Of a stretch of 57,522 nt of DNA, positions 45,902 to 54,996 are shown one piece after another. How positions within the stretch are numbered: the first letter of the stretch is position 1; every line of letters begins with the position of its first letter. The notes under the pieces are model-generated. The model saw only the letters and a program-made list of their open reading frames with translations. It ran no database searches and was not told the DNA's origin. Position numbers and translations under genes: made by a program. The DNA is from Candidatus Magasanikiibacteriota bacterium (GTDB taxonomy: Bacteria > Patescibacteriota > Patescibacteriia > Magasanikbacterales > UBA922): positions 1 to 57,522 of the forward strand of contig DOMK01000020.1 in the NCBI GenBank assembly GCA_003510435.1, in the 5' to 3' direction.

Positions 45902-47818
45902 ATGATACAAAATAAAAATAAAGAAAATCTTGATCATGAGTTTGTAAAAATTGATCTGGATAAAAAATCAATTGTCAAAAAGACCGTCGTTTCCAAACCA
46001 GCCATAAGAAAAAAAGTTGAAAAAATTAGTATAAATAAAGGTGAACAAAAAATAAAAAAAGAATTGCAGGAAATTTATAAAAATGATGATGGTAGTATGC
46101 CTAATATGAAAGATTTTAAAAAGAAGAAAAAAAGAGGATTAGCTAGAGCATTTATGACGTTATTGTTTGCTTGTGCTTTTTTGGCTGGAGTCGCTTGGCT
46201 TGGTTTTTTTGTTTTTCAGCCTAAGGTACAGTTTGCAGAAAATGACGTGGTTTTGGAAATTGAAGGTAAAGAAAATGTTATGACAGGAGAAGAAGTTAAA
46301 TATCGGGTGAAATATAATAATATTCAGAATACATCATTAAAAAATGTGAAATTGCAAATTCGCTATCCAGAAGGTTTTGTTTTTAGCAATGCTAGTGTAA
46401 AACCAACCAATGAAAAACAAGATGAATGGGAACTTAGTTCGTTGGCAGGTAATGCAAATAGTTATATTGATATTTTTGGTCAGATGTATGGAAGTTTAGA
46501 TGAAAAGCAATCATTTCGAGCTTTCTTAAATTATACCCCAGATAATTTTAGTTCAGAGTTTCAAAAAGTGGCTAATATTAATATACAAACAACCGAATCT
46601 CCGGTAGAAATTAATATCAAATCACCCAGTGAAGCTGTACCCGGGTCAGAAGTAGAATTTTTGGTGGAAACTACCAATCGTAATGAAATAAAAAAAGATA
46701 ATATGTTTTTGGTTATGGAACCAGCCGGTGGTTTTGTTAAAACTACTAGTAGTTTATTAAGTATTCCAAACGAGGAGTATCAGTGGAGTTTGGTATCTTT
46801 TGGTGATAAAAATAGTTTATCAATAAAAGGTAGTTTTAATCCTGAAGTTGGTACTGAGGAAGCAAAAGTAATTTTTAAAGTTATTGGTTGGAAAGATGCT
46901 GATAGACAGTCTGATCCTTATGTTTATTTAACAAAAGAAATTCCAATAAAATTATTAAAAACAGATTTGTCTCTAAGTTTGGCAATTAATGGATCAACAA
47001 ATAATATTACGGTTGAGCCAGGTGAAGTTTTGAACACTAGTGTGGTTCTAAAAAATGCTGGTAGTTCACTGTTAAAGAATTTTAGTGTTAGATTGGTTTA
47101 TGAAACACCGTCATACAATGATTTGAGTATGCTCGATTGGCGTTCATTGACTGACAAGGCTGATGGCGATATAATTGGTGAACAAATCAATCCTCAGACT
47201 AGACGGGGTATAATAAATTGGACCTCTAGACAGATTGGTGATTTGCGACAATTGGATCCAAACGAAGAATTAAATATTGATTTAAGTATTCCACTCAAAG
47301 ATTCAAATGACGTTGACCTGACAAAATTTATTGGTACTAATGCTAAAGTTTTTGTGGAAGTAAAGTATGATACCGACAGTGGTCAAAAATTAATTACCAG
47401 TAATGAAATAAACATGGTGATTAATTCAGATTTGAAATTTGAAGTTCGTGATCAAGTGAAACAAGATTCACAAAATAAGGATGTTCATACTTTTACTTGG
47501 TTATTATCAAATAGTTATCATGAACTTAAAGATATAGAAATTTCAGCGGATATTTATGGTGATATTTCTTGGCAAGAAGAAAATTTAGTTGTGCCAGCGG
47601 GTGAGGCAAAATGGGATGGCAAAGAAAAAAAATTAAATTGGAAAATTGGTTCAATGCCAACCAGTCTAGATGTTTTGGCTCTACAATTTAGTTTTGTTTT
47701 AAATAGTAAAAATCCTTCACAAACAAATTTAACTTCCAAAGTTAGTGTTAAAGCAAAAGATATAATTACTGGAGAAGAAATTTTAAAGTCTGGTAATGAA
47801 GTTTTGTTAACACAATAA
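45902..47818 (+). CDS. Single-pass membrane protein with Ig-like/beta-sandwich extracellular domains
   Basis: Lys-rich cytoplasmic N-terminus, one TM helix, repeated beta-rich segments (GEEVKY.V.Y.N, PGEVL...V..KN.G). Confidence 0.7.
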   Translation: MIQNKNKENLDHEFVKIDLDKKSIVKKTVVSKPAIRKKVEKISINKGEQKIKKELQEIYKNDDGSMPNMKDFKKKKKRGLARAFMTLLFACAFLAGVAWLGFFVFQPKVQFAENDVVLEIEGKENVMTGEEVKYRVKYNNIQNTSLKNVKLQIRYPEGFVFSNASVKPTNEKQDEWELSSLAGNANSYIDIFGQMYGSLDEKQSFRAFLNYTPDNFSSEFQKVANINIQTTESPVEINIKSPSEAVPGSEVEFLVETTNRNEIKKDNMFLVMEPAGGFVKTTSSLLSIPNEEYQWSLVSFGDKNSLSIKGSFNPEVGTEEAKVIFKVIGWKDADRQSDPYVYLTKEIPIKLLKTDLSLSLAINGSTNNITVEPGEVLNTSVVLKNAGSSLLKNFSVRLVYETPSYNDLSMLDWRSLTDKADGDIIGEQINPQTRRGIINWTSRQIGDLRQLDPNEELNIDLSIPLKDSNDVDLTKFIGTNAKVFVEVKYDTDSGQKLITSNEINMVINSDLKFEVRDQVKQDSQNKDVHTFTWLLSNSYHELKDIEISADIYGDISWQEENLVVPAGEAKWDGKEKKLNWKIGSMPTSLDVLALQFSFVLNSKNPSQTNLTSKVSVKAKDIITGEEILKSGNEVLLTQ

Positions 47819-47822
47819 AAAT

Positions 47823-48215
47823 ATGAATCCAGAAAAAATAAAAGTTATTTTGAATCAGAAAGATAAATTAGTTTATATAAAATTAGTTGGTGAATTTGAT
47901 GAAGATCATGCTGAACAAGCTGTAGAAAAATATCAGGAAGTTTTGGATGAAATAGAAGAAAAAGAGATTATTTTAAAAAAAGTTTTGTATGATATTACTG
48001 AAGCTGGTGATGCCACGATTAGTGCCAGAAGAATTTTTGCTAGTTTTGCTCGAAATGTTTCTAATAAATATAAAGGACTAAGAGTTGCTTATATTACTGG
48101 TTCTAGATTAGCAAAAATGGTTAGTATTTTTATTCATCGTCTGAGTAGAAATTTGGGAGAAGTGAGGTATTTTAAAAATGAAGCAGAGGCGAGAGAATGG
48201 TTAAGAGGGGAATAA
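47823..48215 (+). CDS. STAS/SEC14 (SpoIIAA-like) domain protein
   Basis: L.D..EAG......AR, RVAYI, RYFKNEAEAREWL. Confidence 0.75.
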   Translation: MNPEKIKVILNQKDKLVYIKLVGEFDEDHAEQAVEKYQEVLDEIEEKEIILKKVLYDITEAGDATISARRIFASFARNVSNKYKGLRVAYITGSRLAKMVSIFIHRLSRNLGEVRYFKNEAEAREWLRGE

Positions 48216-48230
48216 CATTTTTTAAAATAT

Positions 48231-48257
48231 AAAACTAGCTATAAAGCTAGTTTTTTT
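48231..48257. terminator. Bidirectional terminator
   Basis: AAAACTAGCT/AGCTAGTTTT between convergent genes. Confidence 0.75.
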
Positions 48258-48344
48258 GTACTCTACTGTATCGAGAATTTATGTCGCTAGGTTCTATATA
48301 TGAAAAAGTGGCACGAGAGTGGATTTGTTTTTCAAGGAGAGATA

Positions 48345-49136
48345 TTATTGATTATCCATTGTTTTTTTACCATGTAACCAAGAAAATTCGAAAAGCATTT
48401 TTAAAAAATCCGCAAATGTCTGGCTTTGAATTTCAAAGGCAACATTTTCTTCTGGGTTTGAAAGTATAACATTAACTTTGTCATCAAAGATACTAATTTC
48501 ACCACCGGTTTTATAATGTTCATCATCCTCAATCCAGCGATACTCAGTATTTTCCTGTCTTCTCTTATTGCCCTCATAGATTTTTTTATACCAACCAATA
48601 CCTTTGCTATTTTTTACTGCTAAAACTTTTTCTTTAATACCTCGTTTATATCGTTCGATAGACTGATGGGCTCCCATTTCTCCAAAAATATCGACATTTT
48701 TTTGATTTAAAACAGAGTAAATTGTGCTTTTTGAATCAAGCTTATGATAGTACATCTGCTCCATGGCCTTCTGACCCTCAGCAAATTTTATAACTGGTTT
48801 TGAATTTGTTTTGTATAAAGCTTTTAAATCAGGTAAACATTGTTCTAATTCTTCTAAGCGCTGTTCGGCTTGACGTTTTTTACTCTGAAGGTATTGATGA
48901 AGTCGAAAAGGCGGTTCTGCAATATATATTCGTTTTTTATTTTTCAAACTACGGTTAATAATGCCACACATACACAGGCGCACAAGAATGTCGTAACAAG
49001 TTGTTCGATTCAAATTGCATGCCTTACTGATTGACATTATCGAACCCTCGCCCATTTCCAAGGTTGATAAATAGACGCAAGCCTCATTTTTTTGTAAACC
49101 AAGGCGAATAAGTTTTTCAAAAAGTAATGTATCCAT
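48345..49136 (-). CDS. TrmB-family transcriptional regulator
   Basis: LGL..NEA.VY..TLE.GE, RTT.Y..L..L, Y.AEPP, IKFAEG, EISIFDDKV. Confidence 0.88.
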   Translation of the reverse strand: MDTLLFEKLIRLGLQKNEACVYLSTLEMGEGSIMSISKACNLNRTTCYDILVRLCMCGIINRSLKNKKRIYIAEPPFRLHQYLQSKKRQAEQRLEELEQCLPDLKALYKTNSKPVIKFAEGQKAMEQMYYHKLDSKSTIYSVLNQKNVDIFGEMGAHQSIERYKRGIKEKVLAVKNSKGIGWYKKIYEGNKRRQENTEYRWIEDDEHYKTGGEISIFDDKVNVILSNPEENVAFEIQSQTFADFLKMLFEFSWLHGKKTMDNQ

Positions 49137-49304
49137 GTATTATAGTATACCCATATCGATAAAATGTGTCAATTAGTTTCGTTAAAATAGATAATAATAA
49201 AAAAAAGTGCTTATTTTTAGCCAAAATATAGCAATAATTATGACGAACCATATTGTTAATATATATAAAGGAGTCTATAGTTACTATTATTTATTATTAA
49301 CACT

Positions 49305-50426
49305 ATGAACTATATAATAACAGGCAAAAATTTTACTTCCCCATTGTTGAATAAATATAAAGGACAATTAAATTTCTTTGTATTAACTGAAGAAGAGTTG
49401 AGAAGTTCAAACATAATATTTTCACAGGAAGATAAAATTTTTGCACCAGATGAAACTTCATTTCCTATTGTTCTAGCAAGAATAAAAGACAAAAAAAGAG
49501 AGCAAATTGAAAATATAAAAAATAAATATAATTGCCGGTTGCTTTTGAAAGATATTTACCCAAATTTTTATTTCAAATCAGTAAAATTGGTTGATTTAAA
49601 ATTTGTAAAATTACCTAAAAATAAAAAATACATAATAAAACCTCAGAAAGGATTTTTTAGTGTGGGAGTTAAAGAAATTGATAGTAATACTGACTTGAAA
49701 AAAACAGCTACCGAGCTTGAAGAAAATATTAAAAAGAATATTAGTTTTTTTTCTAAAGAAGTTTTTACTGAGGAAGATTTTATTATTGAGGAATATATTG
49801 AAGGTAATGAATACACTTTTGATTTGTTTTATGACGAGAAAGGAAAACCAGTAATTGTCAACATGTGTCATCATCCAATGTCAAAATTTAAGGAATATTT
49901 TAATCTCCTTTATTATACTAGTCAGGATATTTATGAAAAATTTCATGAACAAGTGATTAATATTTTTACCGACTTTAATAAAACATTGAATATAACCAAT
50001 CTGCCAATCCATGCTGAATTTCGAGAGCGCGACGGTCAGCTAATTCCGATTGAATTTAATTTACCTCGATTTGGCGGTTGGGGTTTAGCTGATTTACCCT
50101 ATCATGCTTTTAATTTAGAATCTTTTAAACATTTTTTTGCTGGTACAAAACCGGATTGGAAAAAAATATTTACTGAGCATAAAAATAAATATTATGGCTG
50201 GGTATTGTGTTACAACGGAATTGGCATTGACGTATCCAAATATAGACCAGATTATGAAAAACTGAAAAAGGATTTGGGGAATGTTTTACATTTATACAAA
50301 TTGGATTACACCACAAAACCGACGTTTGCAATTGCCTATGTTGAAAAAACAAATAAAAAGGAACTTGATAATTTGTTGAAAATGGATTTTAGAGATTATT
50401 TTGTGCCAATTAAAAAGGTGGTTTGA
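49305..50426 (+). CDS. ATP-grasp domain protein
   Basis: IIKPQKGFFS.GV, FIIEEYIEG.EY..D, HAEFR, IEFN.PRFGG. Confidence 0.85.
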   Translation: MNYIITGKNFTSPLLNKYKGQLNFFVLTEEELRSSNIIFSQEDKIFAPDETSFPIVLARIKDKKREQIENIKNKYNCRLLLKDIYPNFYFKSVKLVDLKFVKLPKNKKYIIKPQKGFFSVGVKEIDSNTDLKKTATELEENIKKNISFFSKEVFTEEDFIIEEYIEGNEYTFDLFYDEKGKPVIVNMCHHPMSKFKEYFNLLYYTSQDIYEKFHEQVINIFTDFNKTLNITNLPIHAEFRERDGQLIPIEFNLPRFGGWGLADLPYHAFNLESFKHFFAGTKPDWKKIFTEHKNKYYGWVLCYNGIGIDVSKYRPDYEKLKKDLGNVLHLYKLDYTTKPTFAIAYVEKTNKKELDNLLKMDFRDYFVPIKKVV

Positions 50427-50444
50427 TTTCTCTCCATAAATATA

Positions 50445-50477
50445 TAAAAAACTTCACTATAATAAGCGAAGTTTTTT
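50445..50477. terminator. Bidirectional terminator between the ATP-grasp gene and the tRNA pair
   Basis: AAAAAACTTC/GAAGTTTTTT stem. Confidence 0.65.
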
Positions 50478-50478
50478 G

Positions 50479-50553
50479 TGGTACCCCCAGAGAGGATCGA
50501 ACTCCCATCTTCAGGTTCGAAGCCTGATATTCTATCCATTGAACTATGAGGGC
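50479..50553 (-). tRNA. tRNA-Arg(TCG)
   Basis: Reverse complement reads GCCCTCA...TCAGG-CTTCGAA-CCTGA...GTTCGATC...TGGGGGT-A-CCA. Confidence 0.93.
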
Positions 50554-50633
50554 AAAATAAAACACGATACAAAATACACTTATCACTTACACAAATAATA
50601 TGTATCGTGTTATGTGTGTCATGTATCGTGTTT

Positions 50634-50709
50634 TGGTACGCCGCCTGGGGATTGAACCCAGGACCTTGGGCTTAAGAGGCCCCTGCTCTACCAACTGAGC
50701 TAGCGGCGC
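50634..50709 (-). tRNA. tRNA-Lys(CTT)
   Basis: Reverse complement reads GCGCCGC-TA-GCTCAGTTGGTAGAGC...CTCTTAA...GGTTCAATCC...GCGGCGT-A-CCA. Confidence 0.93.
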
Positions 50710-50726
50710 GTGTGAAATTCAATATT

Positions 50727-51494
50727 TTACTCAAAATATTCACTTTTTGTGTCTTGTTTAATTATATTTATTTTTGGACCAGGCCATTTTTTTATTTCCA
50801 AAGCATTTTCGGCTGCATTTACTTGGGCTTCTTGTTTGCTACTACCATGCCCTTCGGCAATTTTTTCTTTGTCCAAATAAACTCCGACAATAAATTCTTT
50901 GGCATGATCAGGACCGTCTTCTTGGATAACTTTGTAAGTAGGAGTAATGCCAATAATTTCTTGAGCTGATTCTTGAAATCTAGATTTTGGATCCATCCAA
51001 AGACCTTTCTCCAATACTTCTGGCAGTTTAGAAATAAACCATCTTAAAATAAATTGTTTGGCCATATCCCAACCTTGATCAACATAGATAGCTCCAATCA
51101 ATGATTCCATTACTTTGGCTAGAATATATTCTCTGGCTTTAGTGCCAGCGTCTTTGGATTCACCATGACTTAAGAATAAGTATGGCTCCATATCAATTTC
51201 ACTGGCAATTTGGGCACACATTTTGGCGTTTACCAAGGCGGCTCGCCAATTGGTCAATTCACCTTCAGGATTTTGATAGTTTTCAAATAAATGTTCAGTA
51301 ATAACTAGTTCTAGTACAGCATCACCCAAAAATTCTAATCGTTCATTATGTCCCAAAGCAAAATCACGATTTTCATTTAGATAAGAACGATGAACCAAGG
51401 CTTGGACAATATAATTGGAATTATTAAATTTTATTCCAATTCTGTCTTCAAGGTTTTTAAATTTTTTTTCTTTGTATTGTTCAACGATTTGCAT
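50727..51494 (-). CDS. rnc: Ribonuclease III
   Basis: HRSY.NE, NERLEFLGDAVLE, ESLIGAIY.D, dsRBD DPKSR.QE, G.G.SK.EA...AA. Confidence 0.97.
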   Translation of the reverse strand: MQIVEQYKEKKFKNLEDRIGIKFNNSNYIVQALVHRSYLNENRDFALGHNERLEFLGDAVLELVITEHLFENYQNPEGELTNWRAALVNAKMCAQIASEIDMEPYLFLSHGESKDAGTKAREYILAKVMESLIGAIYVDQGWDMAKQFILRWFISKLPEVLEKGLWMDPKSRFQESAQEIIGITPTYKVIQEDGPDHAKEFIVGVYLDKEKIAEGHGSSKQEAQVNAAENALEIKKWPGPKINIIKQDTKSEYFE

Positions 51495-51609
51495 AAATTG
51501 AGAGATTACCTAGTAAAATAGGTATCGCCAATTTTCAGTAGCTTACCTAATTTAGGCCGGATACTGAAAATAGGAGATAGAGTAAAAAATTAATTTTTAA
51601 ATAAAAAGA

Positions 51610-52038
51610 TTATTCTTTTTTTATATTAGCATTTTTAAAAATTGCTCCCAAAACACCATTAACAAATTTTCCGCTGGATTGGCCACCATAAGTTTTGGCT
51701 ACTTCTATAGCTTCGTTAATTGCTACTTTTGCAGGAATTTTATCATTAAATTTCAATTCATAAATACCTATCCGCAAGACGTTTCTGTCTACTAATGATA
51801 GTTGCTCCAAAGGCCAGTTGGTGGCGTATTGAGTGATTATTTTGTCAATTTCAGATAAATTATTTATAACTCCATCCACTGTATCATAGACATATTGTTT
51901 ATCTTCGGTTAGCCCAGCGCCAAATTCTTCTAGATTCTGATCTATAATGGCAGGCAAAACAGCCGTGGGTTGATTTTTGAAATCCCATTGATACAAAGAT
52001 TGCATGACAATTGATCTAGCTAAATGACGATTGGACAT
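51610..52038 (-). CDS. nusB: Transcription antitermination factor NusB
   Basis: [47 protein letters not shown] at 52038 is preferred. Confidence 0.95.
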   Translation of the reverse strand: MSNRHLARSIVMQSLYQWDFKNQPTAVLPAIIDQNLEEFGAGLTEDKQYVYDTVDGVINNLSEIDKIITQYATNWPLEQLSLVDRNVLRIGIYELKFNDKIPAKVAINEAIEVAKTYGGQSSGKFVNGVLGAIFKNANIKKE

Positions 52039-52132
52039 AATACATTGATTCCACAAATTATTATGGATTTCACTGATTTTTAATTATGTACCTTGTTTTA
52101 TAATTAATCAATCTGTAAAATCAGTCTATGTG

Positions 52133-52363
52133 TTATTTAGAAGTTTTGCCAGTGGCTTTTTGGCTGCGTTTTAATCTGGCAGTGCGTTTTTCAACATTAA
52201 CAACACTTTTGCCACGGTAGTTTCCACATTTGGCACAGGCAACATGAGGTTTAATAACCGCATTGCAAGTGCTACATTTGGTAGTAGTAGTTTTTTTCAA
52301 AGCAAAATGAGAAGCTCGGTCGTGCTTTGATCTAGGTGTGCGTTTTTTTGAAGGTAGACCCAT
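52133..52363 (-). CDS. rpmF: 50S ribosomal protein L32
   Basis: MGLPSKK....K..R..H, C..C....PH.AC..CG.YRG. Confidence 0.93.
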   Translation of the reverse strand: MGLPSKKRTPRSKHDRASHFALKKTTTTKCSTCNAVIKPHVACAKCGNYRGKSVVNVEKRTARLKRSQKATGKTSK

Positions 52364-52533
52364 ATATTTATGAAATACCAAATTACAAATATCAAATTAC
52401 AAAAATTGAGATTTGGTGTTTGTTTTGGTAATATATTAATAATAAACTGGGAATATTATACAATAAATTAAAAATAAAATCAAGGGGTAGGCTAGGAATT
52501 GCTAAAAATCCATTTTTTCGCTAGAATAGTGGT

Positions 52534-53466
52534 ATGTTAAACAATATGGATCAGCCGGTTTTGGCTGAATTTTTACAATCTAGTGAATGGAGTGAGTTTC
52601 AAGCGTCCACAGGTAAAAAGGTGGTAAATTTTGTTATTGATAATGTGCCGGTACAGGGTTTTGAACACAGCTTATCTTTTTTGGGGAAGTATTTGTATAT
52701 TCCTAGGTTTAAGACATCAGACTTAAGACTTAAGGATATAATTGAATATGTAAAAAAATCAGATTATATTTTTTTGAGAATGGAACCTTTGGAAGAATTT
52801 CCAATTTCCAATTTCCAATTTTCCGTAGTTAAAAACAGACAGCCTCAAACCACTTTAGTTTTGGATGTAAATAAAAGTGAAGAAGAATTATTATCATGCA
52901 TGCATACCAAAACCCGCTACAACATTCGCTTAGCAGAAAAAAAAGGTATTACAATCAGTCAAGAGAAAAATATAGATAATTTTTGGAATTTGAATCTAGA
53001 AACTAAAGAACGAGATGAATTCAAAAGCCATGAAAAAAAATATTATGAAAAAATGCTTGAATCTAATTTGAGTTATCAATTTACAGCATTTTTTGAAGGT
53101 AAACCGATTGCTAGTAATATTATATTGATTTATAAAAATACTGGCACATATTTACATGGTGCTTCTAGCAATAAATATCGAGATTTGATGGCGCCATATT
53201 TATTGCAATGGGAAGGAATAAAATTGGCCAAGAGTCAGGGCTGTAGTTATTATGATTTTTGGGGAGTCGCGCCACAATTAACCGAGGGAAGAGGTCAAGC
53301 CACATGCTTTAATAATTTTTGTTGGGAAGTTAATCATAAGTGGACTGGAGTGACTCGTTTTAAAGCAGGGTTTGGGGGACAGGTGAAGGAATATCCAGGA
53401 GGTTGTGATATAATATTAAAGCCGTTTTTTTATAAATTATATAAATTAATAAAAAAGATATTATGA
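52534..53466 (+). CDS. FemAB/FemX-family peptidoglycan bridge aminoacyltransferase
   Basis: FLQS.EW, KTRYNIRLAEKKG, YLHGAS, LLQWE.I..AK..G...YDFWG, FKAGFGG. Confidence 0.9.
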   Translation: MLNNMDQPVLAEFLQSSEWSEFQASTGKKVVNFVIDNVPVQGFEHSLSFLGKYLYIPRFKTSDLRLKDIIEYVKKSDYIFLRMEPLEEFPISNFQFSVVKNRQPQTTLVLDVNKSEEELLSCMHTKTRYNIRLAEKKGITISQEKNIDNFWNLNLETKERDEFKSHEKKYYEKMLESNLSYQFTAFFEGKPIASNIILIYKNTGTYLHGASSNKYRDLMAPYLLQWEGIKLAKSQGCSYYDFWGVAPQLTEGRGQATCFNNFCWEVNHKWTGVTRFKAGFGGQVKEYPGGCDIILKPFFYKLYKLIKKIL

Positions 53467-54032
53467 ACTTATCCTGGTCGCAAAAATTATTTTTACGCAT
53501 CAATGCTGAAATTGGCAAACGAATTTGGCTGGATAAAATCATGAAATTGGTTGCTCACTGGTTAATTTACTTGTATTTTTTTATTGTCTTGGTTTGGGGA
53601 GTAATTGTTTTGACACCAGTTGAGCTAAAATTATTCATAAAACTTCTTTTGACAGTGGTGGCTTTGAGTAATATTATTGTTTGGCTATTGGCAGTTGTCT
53701 GGCGTCACCCGAGACCAATTGAAGAATTACCCAATGTCAAAGAAATTGTTTTACCTTTGCAAACTTTTCGATCATTTCCTTCTATTCATACGATGATGTC
53801 TTTTACTTTTTTGTTTTTGACAATTTTGAGTGGAATTGGAATTTTGGGAATAATAATATTTTTCATTATTTCTGTAATTATTGCTACGGCGCGAGTGTAC
53901 GTGGGTGTTCATTATCCAAGAGATATTATTGGGGGAATATTTTTTGCTCTATTTTTTTCTGTAATCGTTTTTTGGTTATTGGAAAATGTTTCTCAGCCGG
54001 TGTATGTTTGGTTTATCAACTTGTTTAATTAA
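53463..54032 (+). CDS. PAP2-family membrane phosphatase
   Basis: RHPRP, SFPSIH, ARVYVGVHYPRDI. Confidence 0.9.
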   Translation: MNLSWSQKLFLRINAEIGKRIWLDKIMKLVAHWLIYLYFFIVLVWGVIVLTPVELKLFIKLLLTVVALSNIIVWLLAVVWRHPRPIEELPNVKEIVLPLQTFRSFPSIHTMMSFTFLFLTILSGIGILGIIIFFIISVIIATARVYVGVHYPRDIIGGIFFALFFSVIVFWLLENVSQPVYVWFINLFN

Positions 54033-54142
54033 AATATACAAATATACGGATAATACGAATTATACTAATGCTATACAAATATGCATTGCCGAATAAAATT
54101 CGTATATCATTAGTATAATTCGTAAATTTATTAGTATTATTT

Positions 54143-54853
54143 ATGAATGCTATTATTCTCTGTGGTGGTTTATCTACCAGGTTAGGTGATATCACCAAAT
54201 CAATCCCAAAAATTTTATTACAAATTGGTGATAAGACAGTTTTGGATTGGCAATTGGAAAAATTAAAAACTGTAGGTGTAAAGGAAGTGGTTTTGGCGGC
54301 TGGTCATTTGGCCAGTGTTTTAGAGGCAGAAGTCGGAATGGAAAGAAATGGTTTGGAAATTATTTATGCGATTGAAGACAAAAAACTGGGGACTGGCGGA
54401 GCGATAAAACATGGTTTGGAATATGTGTTAAGACCCGAAGAACCAACTTTTATTTTGAATGGGGACATAATGTACACTATAGATTTTTTGGATATGGCCA
54501 AATATCTAAAGGCTGGTAGTGATGGTATTATTTTGGGTGCCTATGCGCCAGATATTGCTAGTTATGGTACTTTAATTTATGATGAAACTTTTCATTTGCA
54601 TGAATTTAAAGAAAAAATGGGCGAACATAAACCAGGTTATCAAAATGGTGGTTTGTATTTGTTCAATCCCCAAGTGACAAAATATTTTCCAGATAAAGAT
54701 GAATTTAGTATTGAGTATGATGTATTTCCCAAGATGAAAGATCTCCATGTTTATGAATCAGATCGACCGTGGGTAGATATTGGTTTGCCAGAGAGGTTGG
54801 AATGGGCGAGGAGTAATTGGGAAAGATTTAAAGATCAGAAGATCAAAAAATAA
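54143..54853 (+). CDS. Sugar-phosphate nucleotidyltransferase (NTP_transferase family)
   Basis: IILCGGLSTRL....PK.L, E...LGTGGA, LNGD, W.DIG.PE. Confidence 0.88.
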   Translation: MNAIILCGGLSTRLGDITKSIPKILLQIGDKTVLDWQLEKLKTVGVKEVVLAAGHLASVLEAEVGMERNGLEIIYAIEDKKLGTGGAIKHGLEYVLRPEEPTFILNGDIMYTIDFLDMAKYLKAGSDGIILGAYAPDIASYGTLIYDETFHLHEFKEKMGEHKPGYQNGGLYLFNPQVTKYFPDKDEFSIEYDVFPKMKDLHVYESDRPWVDIGLPERLEWARSNWERFKDQKIKK

Positions 54854-54996
54854 TATGAAGAAAATATTTTTTAATTTATAATTTAAGATTTATTAATAAT
54901 TTTTATTACAAATTTTTAGGTCTAGGAACACTACTAATTTTATCGTTAGTTGGTAGTTATTTTTTTTATCGCCATAATCATCCAAAATATATTCCA

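Noticed and set aside
48281-48598. Short ORFs 48281-48469 and 48401-48598, and a possible att/tRNA remnant near 48308
   Set aside because: The ORFs overlap the TrmB gene. TGGCACGAGAG does not match the tRNA-Arg 3' end and is too short for a T-arm.
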